Assembly: GCA_043779265.1 (NCBI GenBank)
Contig: JAYWEM010000006.1
Span: 1-14,936, forward strand
Reading direction: 5' to 3'
Length of the DNA stretch: 14,936 nucleotides
DNA from: a bacterium
Lineage (GTDB): Bacteria > Eisenbacteria > RBG-16-71-46
Made by a program: the position numbers and the translations under genes. The number at the start of each line of letters is the position of its first letter. Position 1 is the first letter of the stretch. Of the stretch, positions 1 to 6,777 are shown piece after piece. The notes beneath the pieces were generated by a model. That model made no database searches. It was not told where the DNA came from and worked only from the letters and a program-made list of their open reading frames with translations.

Positions 1-45
1 GCCTGGTTCGGTATCGCCTCACTCGTGAGAGGAGGGCGCTCGTGA
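1..45 (+). CDS. 3' end of an upstream CDS (partial; ...AWFGIASLVRGGRS*), possibly a NosD-like protein with a C-terminal membrane anchor
   Basis: Frame 1 is open from base 1 to TGA at 43-45, which overlaps the GTG of the next gene (GTGA 42-45), the same coupling seen across the window. The hydrophobic-then-basic tail resembles the end of a TM helix. NosD identity is inferred only from the usual nosD-nosF-nosY order. Confidence 0.45.
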   Translation, partial: AWFGIASLVRGGRS

Positions 46-959
46 TCCGGGTCGAACATCTGACACGGCGCTATGGAGCGGTGATGGCGATCGACGACCT
101 CAGCTTCGAGGTCCAGCCGGGGGAGACGTTCGCCCTGATCGGACCCAATGGCGCGGGCAAGACCACCACGCTCAAATGCCTGTTGGGGCTCGTGCGGCCG
201 GATCGAGGAACCATCGCCATCGGCCGCCGCGGTGCCTCGCCGTCAGATCCGCGGAGTCGTGAGTCCATCGGCTATGTGCCGCAGCGCGCGGAGTTCCCGG
301 GGGGTCGGACGGTGCGGGACGTGATGGGCTTCTTCGCCGACCTGCGTGCGCTGCCCGATACCGCGATCGACCATGCGCTCGAGCGAGTGCGGATGACGGC
401 CATGGCGCAGCGCCGAGCCGACGAACTCTCGGGCGGTTATGCCCAGCGGCTCTCGCTCGCGGTCGCGCTGCTCGGGGATCCCGAGCTGCTGGTGCTCGAT
501 GAGCCCACCGCGAGCCTCGATCCGCAGGCCACGCATGAATTCCGCGGATTGGTGCAGGAACTCCAGCGAGAGGGACGAACGTTGCTGCTCTGCTCGCATC
601 TGCTGTCCGAGGTCGAGCGGATCGCCGATCGCGTCCTCATCCTGGTGCAGGGCCGCGCCGCTGCACTCGAGCGCCTCGACGATCTGCGTGAGCGGCAGGC
701 TCGCGCGACGTCCCTCCGTGTCCATCTCTCGACCGATGCGGCCCGGGCCTCGGCGCTCCTGATGAGCCGCGGGATCCTCTGCTCCCTGGTCTCAGACGAG
801 TCGATCACGCTTCCGAGCGGCGGCGATCGAACGGGCGAGGCGCTTGATGTCCTGCGCACCGCCGGCTTGAGAGTCGTCTCACTCGAGGTGGAGCGGCCGT
901 CCCTCGAGGAGTTGTTCCTCGGCGTCGTGGCGAGCTCGAGCCGCGCGGTGCCGTCATGA
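42..959 (+). CDS. ABC transporter ATP-binding protein (ABC-2 type, NosF-like)
   Basis: Walker A GPNGAGKTT, Q-loop YVPQ, signature LSGGYAQR, Walker B/D-loop LLVLDEPTASLDP, H-loop CSH and C-terminal SLEELFL. SD AGGAGG at 30-35 precedes GTG 42. Lies in a cluster with a NosY-like permease. Confidence 0.92.
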   Translation: MIRVEHLTRRYGAVMAIDDLSFEVQPGETFALIGPNGAGKTTTLKCLLGLVRPDRGTIAIGRRGASPSDPRSRESIGYVPQRAEFPGGRTVRDVMGFFADLRALPDTAIDHALERVRMTAMAQRRADELSGGYAQRLSLAVALLGDPELLVLDEPTASLDPQATHEFRGLVQELQREGRTLLLCSHLLSEVERIADRVLILVQGRAAALERLDDLRERQARATSLRVHLSTDAARASALLMSRGILCSLVSDESITLPSGGDRTGEALDVLRTAGLRVVSLEVERPSLEELFLGVVASSSRAVPS

Positions 960-1372
960 AAGGGCGCGCGTGGTGGGTTCTGATCGCCGTCGTGCTCGTG
1001 GTTGGAGTGCTGCTCATCGCCGCTCGGCGTGCGCCGGAAGCGCCGCACATCGCTGCGCCGCGGGCTCCGGAGCCCGAGAGCGCCTGGCTGACGTTGCACA
1101 TCGACCGGGAGGGTGTGCGTCCGGAGCACGCGGAGGTGCCGCTCGGCTCCCGGCTCGTGCTGACGCGCGTGAATGAATCGGCCGACGAGCGCATCCTCTC
1201 GCTTGCCGGGTACGAGCATGCGCTCGCCGCCTGCACGTTGCGCGCGGGCGAGTCGCGAACGGACACACTGCTCCTCACGCTGCCGGGCGAGGACTTCGCC
1301 TGGCTGCTCGACCGCCGACCCGTGGGCCGGCTCTCGGTGCAGGGCTCGCATCTCGTGGAGGGCCACCGATGA
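956..1372 (+). CDS. Membrane-anchored exported protein with a cupredoxin-like fold lacking canonical type-1 Cu ligands
   Basis: N-terminal TM/signal helix (WWVLIAVVLVVGVLLIAA) and a Pro/Ala linker. Then a pattern P-x3-V-x2-G-x2-L-x-L-x3-N ... L-x-AGES ... PG-x-x-F ... G-x-L-x-V that parallels cupredoxin strands. ATGA overlaps at both ends (956-959, 1369-1372). Confidence 0.65.
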   Translation: MKGRAWWVLIAVVLVVGVLLIAARRAPEAPHIAAPRAPEPESAWLTLHIDREGVRPEHAEVPLGSRLVLTRVNESADERILSLAGYEHALAACTLRAGESRTDTLLLTLPGEDFAWLLDRRPVGRLSVQGSHLVEGHR

Positions 1373-2217
1373 GCCACACGCCCCGCAACAGCGCTTGGCG
1401 CCGGGTTCGCGTCATCGCGCGTGAGGAGTTCCGCCGCGCGGTCGAATCCCGCTGGCTGTTCGCGTTCTCCGCTCTATTCGCCCTCTGCGTGCTCGGGCTC
1501 TCCTGGTTCGGGCTCGCCCCGGCCGGAGAGGTCGGTTTCACGAGCCTCGCCCGGATCACGTTGAGTCTGCTCAATCTCGTGTTGTTCGTTGTTCCGTTGG
1601 TCGGGCTCGTGCTGGGCGTGATGAACGTCACGGCCCACTCGGAATCGCTCGCATCGCTCCTCGCCCAACCGGTCTCGCGCGGCGAAGTGCTCGCGGGCAA
1701 ATACCTTGGCCTCGCCGCAGCTCTCGCCGCGGCTCAGGCCGTCGGACTCGGAGGCGGCGGCCTCGTGGTGGCGTTGCAGACCGACGGATCTGCGCTGGGC
1801 GGTTTCGCGGTGTTGTGTGCCGTATCGCTCGTCCTCGGCTGCCTGTCACTCGCGTGCGCGTTGGCGATCGCCTCGCTGTGGCCCGATCGGCTTCGCGCCA
1901 CGGGAGCCGCGCTCGCGCTGTGGCTGATGATGACCGTGTTCTACGACCTCGCGATCTTCGGCGTCGTCGCCGTCCTGCGCGGGCTGCCACTTCAGACGGT
2001 GTTGATCCCCGCTCTCGTGCTCAACCCGGTCGACCTGTCCCGCGTGCTGGTCACGTTGGCGGTGGGGCAGGGGGCGCTCTTCGGCCCGACCTCGGCGGTC
2101 CTCATGAAGCTCGCCGGCTCAGCGGGCGGTATCGCCGTGGCCGTCAGTGCGCTGACCCTCCAGACGGTGCTCCCGCTGGCACTCGCAGCCTGGGTGTTCC
2201 GCCGCCGCGACTGGTGA
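1369..2217 (+). CDS. nosY: ABC-2 type permease, NosY family
   Basis: NosY-type motifs IAREEFRRAVESRWL, LVLFVVPLVGLVLG...SLLAQPVSRGEVLAGKYLG, LWL..VFYDL and LNPVDLSRVL. About 6 hydrophobic segments; ends FRRRDW. Confidence 0.8.
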   Translation: MSHTPRNSAWRRVRVIAREEFRRAVESRWLFAFSALFALCVLGLSWFGLAPAGEVGFTSLARITLSLLNLVLFVVPLVGLVLGVMNVTAHSESLASLLAQPVSRGEVLAGKYLGLAAALAAAQAVGLGGGGLVVALQTDGSALGGFAVLCAVSLVLGCLSLACALAIASLWPDRLRATGAALALWLMMTVFYDLAIFGVVAVLRGLPLQTVLIPALVLNPVDLSRVLVTLAVGQGALFGPTSAVLMKLAGSAGGIAVAVSALTLQTVLPLALAAWVFRRRDW

Positions 2218-2229
2218 GCCCGTCCGAGG

Positions 2230-2258
2230 TTGCCACCCCCCCCGGTCGCCGATAAGGT
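2230..2258 (+). promoter_or_regulatory. sigma70-type promoter for tRNA-Lys
   Basis: TTGCCA (2230-2235), 17-bp spacer, TAAGGT (2253-2258), followed by a GC-rich discriminator GCGCCGC typical of stable-RNA promoters; 33 nt upstream of the tRNA. Confidence 0.7.
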
Positions 2259-2291
2259 GCGCCGCTGGTGGTGTGGCCGCCCGCGGCCGGC

Positions 2292-2367
2292 GACCCGTTA
2301 GCTCAGTCGGTAGAGCACCTGGCTTTTAACCAGGGTGTCGCTGGTTCGAGCCCAGCACGGGTCACCA
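2292..2367 (+). tRNA. tRNA-Lys (anticodon UUU)
   Basis: 76-nt cloverleaf: acceptor GACCCGT/ACGGGTC, D-arm GCTC-AGTCGGTA-GAGC, anticodon stem CCTGG/CCAGG with loop CT-TTT-AA (anticodon 2325-2327), T-arm GCTGG-TTCGAGC-CCAGC, discriminator A and encoded CCA (2365-2367). Confidence 0.98.
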
Positions 2368-2502
2368 GCCGGGACACCAGAGCCGCACATCGATCTGCAA
2401 CTCTGCGCCAGAGGCGGCATCAGAGAGGGTGCGTGCGAGGAGTCGCCCGATTCGGCGCCCTCCAAGCCGCGTACCGGTCCCCAGTCGAGGAGTACGTCGG
2501 AC

Positions 2503-2754
2503 GTGAGGAAGCTGAGCTGCCAGGAAGTGCTCGACCAACTGGAGGAGTTCCTGGACGACGATGAGGTCCGGGATCAGCTTCGAGTCGAGGTCGAGATCCA
2601 CCTCACCGCATGCTCGGACTGCCATGTCTACGTCGATTCGGTGAAGCGCACGATCCTCCTGGTCAAGGGCGATGAGCCGGCGATGCCACTGCATCTCTCG
2701 AGTCGGCTGCATCTCGCGCTCCTCGATCTCTACCGTGAGGATCCGAGGGGCTGA
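2503..2754 (+). CDS. Zinc-binding anti-sigma factor family protein (zf-HC2/ZAS, RsrA-like), 83 aa, soluble
   Basis: SD GAGGAG at 2487-2492 and GTG at 2503, in frame with the ORF-track 2335..2754 whose longer start lies inside the tRNA. Protein has LSCQEVLDQLEEFLD and HLTACSDC (HxxxCxxC); no TM segment. Confidence 0.85.
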   Translation: MRKLSCQEVLDQLEEFLDDDEVRDQLRVEVEIHLTACSDCHVYVDSVKRTILLVKGDEPAMPLHLSSRLHLALLDLYREDPRG

Positions 2755-2822
2755 GTCGCCCGGCGGACACCTCAGCGCGGCTACGGGGTAGCACGAGGAG
2801 ACCCGGTGGCCCTGGAGACCCC

Positions 2823-3401
2823 ATGATCCCTCGCTTCGTGTTCCTGTCGATCATCTGCTCGCTCGCCGCGTGCGTGTCCGCATCGCCCGCCGCCGCTTGG
2901 AGGCTGGAAGCCATGCGCGGCCAGGTCGCGTTCGGGTACTCGCGTCTCGCGGGAGGGGCCGAGTCACCTGCCGGCTCGATCGGATTGCTCGCCTCGGTCG
3001 ACCATCCGATGGTCGGCGTGTGGCGCATCGGCCCGGCGGTCTCGTTCAGTCTGCTCGGCTCGACGCAGATCGAGCGCGATGGGGTACCCGGCGGACTCGA
3101 CCACTCCATGCTCGATGGGGCGCTGCTCGTGCACCGGACCTTCGCACGCGGACCGCTCGCGCGGCTCTCGTTCGGGCCGGGGCTCGCGAGTGCTCGAGCC
3201 GAACTCCAGGTCGCCGGTGGCGGAGCAACGCTCTCGAGTGAAGCGGTGGGCGAGGTGAGGCCCTGCGCCGCGATCGAGGCGCTGTTCGCGCCTCGCACGA
3301 AGAGCGGGGTCAGCGTCGGCGCAGCGCTGGGAGCCCGGTTCGTACCGCTCGAGGACCGGACCTGGAGTGTCTGGTCGGCCCGGCTCGCCATCTCCTACTG
3401 A
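2823..3401 (+). CDS. Exported protein, probable small outer-membrane beta-barrel
   Basis: N-terminal signal peptide (cleavage at AAA|W, or lipobox LAA|C). Gly-rich alternating amphipathic strands (GQVAFGY, IGPAVSFSL, LSFGPGL, VGAALGARF) and a C-terminal aromatic beta-signal (ARLAISY). SD-like GGAG lies just upstream. Confidence 0.6.
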   Translation: MIPRFVFLSIICSLAACVSASPAAAWRLEAMRGQVAFGYSRLAGGAESPAGSIGLLASVDHPMVGVWRIGPAVSFSLLGSTQIERDGVPGGLDHSMLDGALLVHRTFARGPLARLSFGPGLASARAELQVAGGGATLSSEAVGEVRPCAAIEALFAPRTKSGVSVGAALGARFVPLEDRTWSVWSARLAISY

Positions 3402-3429
3402 GCCCATCCGGCAGGTGCGAGCGAGGGCT

Positions 3430-3459
3430 TTGACGCCCGCTCCGAGTGCCCCCTATGCT
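3430..3459 (+). promoter_or_regulatory. sigma70-type promoter of the rib operon
   Basis: TTGACG (3430-3435), 18-bp spacer, TATGCT (3454-3459). The predicted start site (~3466) falls just before the first P1 base of the FMN aptamer. Confidence 0.75.
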
Positions 3460-3467
3460 CGCCGCCG

Positions 3468-3590
3468 TTTCTCCTCCGGGGCGGGGCGCGAGTCCCCACC
3501 GGCGGTTACAGCCCGCGAGCCCGGCTCACGCCGGGCATGACTCGGTGAGATCCCGAGGCCGACCGTGATAGTCGGGATGGGAGGAGGAGG
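3468..3590 (+). ncRNA. FMN riboswitch (RFN element) aptamer
   Basis: Conserved blocks CTCCGGGGCGGGG..TCCCCACCGGCGGT..AGCCCGCGAGC..GA..CGGTGAGATCCCG.GGCCGACCGT..AGTCGGGATGGGAG. P1 pairs TTTCTCCTC (3468-3476) with GAGGAGGAG (3581-3589). ACCG/CGG is a compensatory variant of the common ACAG/CTG. Lies directly upstream of ribD. Confidence 0.96.
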
Positions 3591-3653
3591 AGCACCGCAT
3601 CCGTGCGCCCACTCCGTTCCCTCGGAGGCGGGCGGCGCGAGGCTGTGCTTCTT

Positions 3654-3692
3654 CGCCCCGGGGGCCCACAACGCCTTCGGGGCGTTCGCGTT
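3654..3692 (+). terminator. Riboswitch expression-platform hairpin (terminator-like, weak U-tract)
   Basis: 12-bp stem CGCCCCGGGGGC (3654-3665) / GCCTTCGGGGCG (3673-3684) with a 7-nt loop, followed by TTCGCGTT. Bases 3651-3664 can alternatively pair with aptamer bases 3473-3486, forming an antiterminator. Confidence 0.65.
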
Positions 3693-3704
3693 CCACCGGA
3701 GAAC

Positions 3705-4808
3705 ATGGCCAGTCCACTCGACGAGACCGTCTTCATGCGCCGCGCCATCCGCTTGTCCGAGAGGGGCCGCGGCCGGGTCGCCCCCAATCCGATCGTCGGC
3801 GCCGTCCTCGTGCGTCGCGGACAGGTCGTCGGCGAGGGTTGGCACCGTGCATTGGGTGAGCCGCATGCGGAGGCCATGGCGCTCGGACGCGCGGGGAACC
3901 TGGCGAAGGGCGCGACGCTCTACTGCACGCTCGAGCCCTGCGATCACCATGGTCGCACGCCGCCCTGCACCGACGCGGTGATCGCCGCTGGCGTCGAGCG
4001 CTGCGTCATCGCGCTGCGCGATCCCAATCGCATCGTCGATGGTCGTGGGCTCCATCGTCTGCGTGCAGCCGGGGTCCGCTGCGAAGTCGGCTTGCTCGCC
4101 GATGCGGTGCGGCAGTCGGCGCATGGGTACCTGCTGGCCCACACCGAGCGCCGTCCGCGGTTCACCTGGAAGGTGGCGATGACGCTGGATGGCCGCATCG
4201 CGGATGCGAGCGGGCATTCGAAGTGGATCAGCGGGCCCGAAGCGCGCCGCCGGGGCCACGCGATGCGCGCCGCCTCGGACGCGGTGCTCGTCGGCGTCGG
4301 GACCATCCGCGCGGATGACCCGCGGCTCACGGTTCGGCTTCCCAAGTACCGCGGCCCCCAACCCCTGCGAGTCGTGTGCGACACGCAACTGCGCATTCCG
4401 CTCACCTCACGCGTCGTGCGGGGCCCGCTCGCTGCCGGGACGGTGGTCGCGTGCGGACGCAGCGCGCCCGCCTCGCGCGAGCGTGTTCTGCGTGCGCTCG
4501 GCGTGGATGTGTGGCGGTTGCCCGAAGCGGGAGGTCGCGTCTCGCTTCGCGCCCTGTCACGGGCGCTGGTCGCATCGGGTCGGCATGAGGTGCTGATCGA
4601 GGGCGGCGCGACCCTCGGCACGGCGTGGATGCGGGCACGGCTCGTCGATGACCTCGCGATCTTCGCATCACCTCGCATCCTCGGGGACGGACTCGGCTGG
4701 TGCGCGCCGTTCGGACGATCGCTGGCGAGTGCTCCGAAGGGCCGGCTGCGAGCGATCGAGCAGGTCGGTGACGATGCATTGCTGCACCTCACGCTGGAGG
4801 CGCGCTGA
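3705..4808 (+). CDS. ribD: Bifunctional diaminohydroxyphosphoribosylaminopyrimidine deaminase / 5-amino-6-(5-phosphoribosylamino)uracil reductase
   Basis: PNPIVGAV, HAE and TLEPCDHHGRTPPC (Zn deaminase); KVAMTLDGRIA, SKWIS, GVGTIRADDPRLTVR and IEGGATL (reductase). Start set at ATG 3705 (SD GGAGA 3698-3702) rather than GTG 3603. Confidence 0.97.
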   Translation: MASPLDETVFMRRAIRLSERGRGRVAPNPIVGAVLVRRGQVVGEGWHRALGEPHAEAMALGRAGNLAKGATLYCTLEPCDHHGRTPPCTDAVIAAGVERCVIALRDPNRIVDGRGLHRLRAAGVRCEVGLLADAVRQSAHGYLLAHTERRPRFTWKVAMTLDGRIADASGHSKWISGPEARRRGHAMRAASDAVLVGVGTIRADDPRLTVRLPKYRGPQPLRVVCDTQLRIPLTSRVVRGPLAAGTVVACGRSAPASRERVLRALGVDVWRLPEAGGRVSLRALSRALVASGRHEVLIEGGATLGTAWMRARLVDDLAIFASPRILGDGLGWCAPFGRSLASAPKGRLRAIEQVGDDALLHLTLEAR

Positions 4809-5419
4809 TGTTCACCGGGCTCATCGAGGAGATCGGACGCGTGCACGAGGTCCTGGAGCGGCCGGCCGGCCGCCGATTCTGGATCTCGTGCTCGCGCGTG
4901 ATCGAGGACGCCGAGATCGGGGACAGCATCGCGTGCGATGGCTGCTGCCTCACCGTGATCGACCTCGCCGCTGGTCGCTTCGCGGTCGAGGCGGTGCCGG
5001 AGACGCTGCAGCGCACGACGCTCGGTGGGTGGGTCAGCGGGACCTCGGTCAATCTCGAACGATCCTTGCGCTTCGATCAGCGGCTCGGCGGGCACTTGGT
5101 CCAGGGCCACGTCGATGCCGTCGGCGAGGTCCTGTCGTTCGCGCCCGAAGGGGACGGACGCCGGCTCGAGCTGGCACTGCCGGTCGAGCTGGAGCGATTC
5201 GTGGCACTGAAGGGTTCGCTCGCGGTCGATGGCGTGAGTCTCACCGTCGCCGCCCTCTCCGCAGGGCGCTGTGAGATCGCCCTCATCCCGCACACGTTGT
5301 CGGCGACGGTCTCGGGCGATTACGCCACGGGGCGTCGCGTGAATCTCGAAATCGATCTGCTGGCCCGTTACCTCGCGCGCATGCTCGACGTGGACGCCGC
5401 CAACCGAGGAGGCCGTTGA
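4808..5419 (+). CDS. ribE: Riboflavin synthase (alpha chain; ribC in E. coli nomenclature)
   Basis: MFTGLIEE N-terminus, GDSIACDGCCLT, VNLERSL, LGGHLVQGHVD, KGSLAVDGVSLT, LIPHT and VNLEIDLLARY. TGATG overlap with ribD. Confidence 0.97.
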   Translation: MFTGLIEEIGRVHEVLERPAGRRFWISCSRVIEDAEIGDSIACDGCCLTVIDLAAGRFAVEAVPETLQRTTLGGWVSGTSVNLERSLRFDQRLGGHLVQGHVDAVGEVLSFAPEGDGRRLELALPVELERFVALKGSLAVDGVSLTVAALSAGRCEIALIPHTLSATVSGDYATGRRVNLEIDLLARYLARMLDVDAANRGGR

Positions 5420-6777
5420 TGCCCCGTTCCTCCGCTTCGCCCGCGCGCAAGGTGGGAAGAGCGTCCGCTCGCGCGGTGCCGAGCAAGCGTGCCGCCGCCA
5501 AGCCCGCCAAGCCCGCCAAGCCCGCCAAGGCGGCGAAGGCGGCGAAGCGGGAACCGAGCGTGTTCCTCACCGTCGAGGAGGCGCTTCCGCTGCTTCGAGC
5601 CGGTCGCATGGTGATCGTCGTGGACGATGCCGATCGCGAGAACGAGGGCGATCTCGTTTTCGCCGCGCAGAAGGCGACGCCTTCCATGGTCAACTTCGCA
5701 GTCACGCATGGCCGCGGCATCCTTTGCGCCGCGCTGGACTCCACGCTCGCCGATCGCCTCGACCTGCAGTTGATGAGCGGGGACAACACCTCCAAGTTCG
5801 GCACGCCCTTCACCGAGTCGGTGGATGTGCGCCGAGGCACCACGACGGGCACCAGCGCGTTCGATCGGGCGCGGACGCTGCGCGCACTCGCCGCGCCTCG
5901 TGCCAAGCCCGCCGACTTCATCCGCCCCGGCCACATCTTCCCGCTCCGCGGGATGCCGGGCGGCGTGCTGCGCCGCGCGGGTCACAGCGAGGCCGGCCCG
6001 GACCTGTGCCGAATCGCCGGTCTCCAGCCTGCTGCGGCGATCTGCGAGATCCTCGCACCCGACGGCAAGATGATGCGCCTACCGGCGCTCGAGCGATTCG
6101 CGCGCGAACATGGGCTCGGGATCCTGACGATCCGCGACCTGATCGCCTATCGCCGCCGCCGTGAGCAGCTCGTGCGCAAGGTGCTGAAGGTGCCGATCCC
6201 CACCCAGGAGGGTGCGTTCGATCTGCACCTCTATGAGAGCGTGCTCGATGGCGATCTCCACATCGCGCTCGTCAAGGGGCGGGTGAAAGGGAGCAGGCCC
6301 GTGCTGGTGCGCGTTCACTCGCAGTGCCTGACCGGCGATGTGTTCGGGTCCGAGCGTTGTGATTGCGGACCTCAGCTCCATGCGGCGATGCGCGCGATCC
6401 AGAAGCGCGGCTCCGGCGTCGTCCTCTACCTGCGGCAGGAGGGGCGAGGGATCGGTCTCGCGAACAAGCTGCGGGCGTACCAGCTCCAGGATCGTGGCTA
6501 TGACACGGTCACCGCCAACCTCAAGCTCGGCTTCCCGGCCGACCTGCGCGACTATGGCATCGGAGCACAGGTGCTGGCCGATCTGGGCCTCCAGCAGATC
6601 GAGCTGCTGACCAATAATCCCCGCAAGGTGGTGGGATTGGAGGCCCACGGGCTGACGATCGTGGGCCGCCGCCAACTGCAGGTTCGAGCGAATCGGCACA
6701 ATCGCCGGTATCTTTCCACGAAGCGCGATAAGCTGGGGCACCTCTTGGACCTGGCTCTCGTGAAGGAGAAGGCGTGA
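5419..6777 (+). CDS. ribBA: Bifunctional 3,4-dihydroxy-2-butanone-4-phosphate synthase / GTP cyclohydrolase II with a basic N-terminal extension
   Basis: RibB motifs DDADRENEGD, PGHIFPL, RAGHSEA and ICEI; RibA motifs RVHSQCLTGDVFGSERCDCG, QEGRGIGL and LLTNNPRK. SD GAGGAGG at 5406-5412; ATG 5419 overlaps the ribE TGA. Confidence 0.97.
   Translation: MPRSSASPARKVGRASARAVPSKRAAAKPAKPAKPAKAAKAAKREPSVFLTVEEALPLLRAGRMVIVVDDADRENEGDLVFAAQKATPSMVNFAVTHGRGILCAALDSTLADRLDLQLMSGDNTSKFGTPFTESVDVRRGTTTGTSAFDRARTLRALAAPRAKPADFIRPGHIFPLRGMPGGVLRRAGHSEAGPDLCRIAGLQPAAAICEILAPDGKMMRLPALERFAREHGLGILTIRDLIAYRRRREQLVRKVLKVPIPTQEGAFDLHLYESVLDGDLHIALVKGRVKGSRPVLVRVHSQCLTGDVFGSERCDCGPQLHAAMRAIQKRGSGVVLYLRQEGRGIGLANKLRAYQLQDRGYDTVTANLKLGFPADLRDYGIGAQVLADLGLQQIELLTNNPRKVVGLEAHGLTIVGRRQLQVRANRHNRRYLSTKRDKLGHLLDLALVKEKA
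5497..5550 (+). repeat. In-frame 9-bp tandem repeat (GCCAAGCCC x3 plus 3 degenerate copies) encoding AKP-AKP-AKP-AKA-AKA-AKR
   Basis: Read directly: gccaagccc gccaagccc gccaagccc gccaaggcg gcgaaggcg gcgaagcgg. Confidence 0.9.

Noticed and set aside
42..2217. Firm call of an N2O-reductase (nos) operon
   Set aside because: nosZ, nosL and a recognisable nosD are not within the window, so only NosF/NosY-like family membership can be supported.
2268..2564. ORF 2268..2564 and the extended start of 2335..2754
   Set aside because: Both read through the tRNA-Lys gene; the credible protein starts at GTG 2503 behind a clear SD.
2751..2792. Short inverted repeats after the ZAS gene (CTGAG/CTCAG; GCTAC-GGG-GTAGC) as a terminator
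   Set aside because: Only 5-bp stems and no U-tract; compatible with chance in GC-rich DNA.
2292..3401. tRNA-anchored genomic island or prophage attachment site
   Set aside because: No integrase or transposase, no second copy of the tRNA 3' end noticed in the window, and no evident compositional shift.
5497..5550. CRISPR-like or phase-variable frameshifting repeat
   Set aside because: Units are 9 bp with no spacers and are a multiple of three, so they only encode a peptide repeat.
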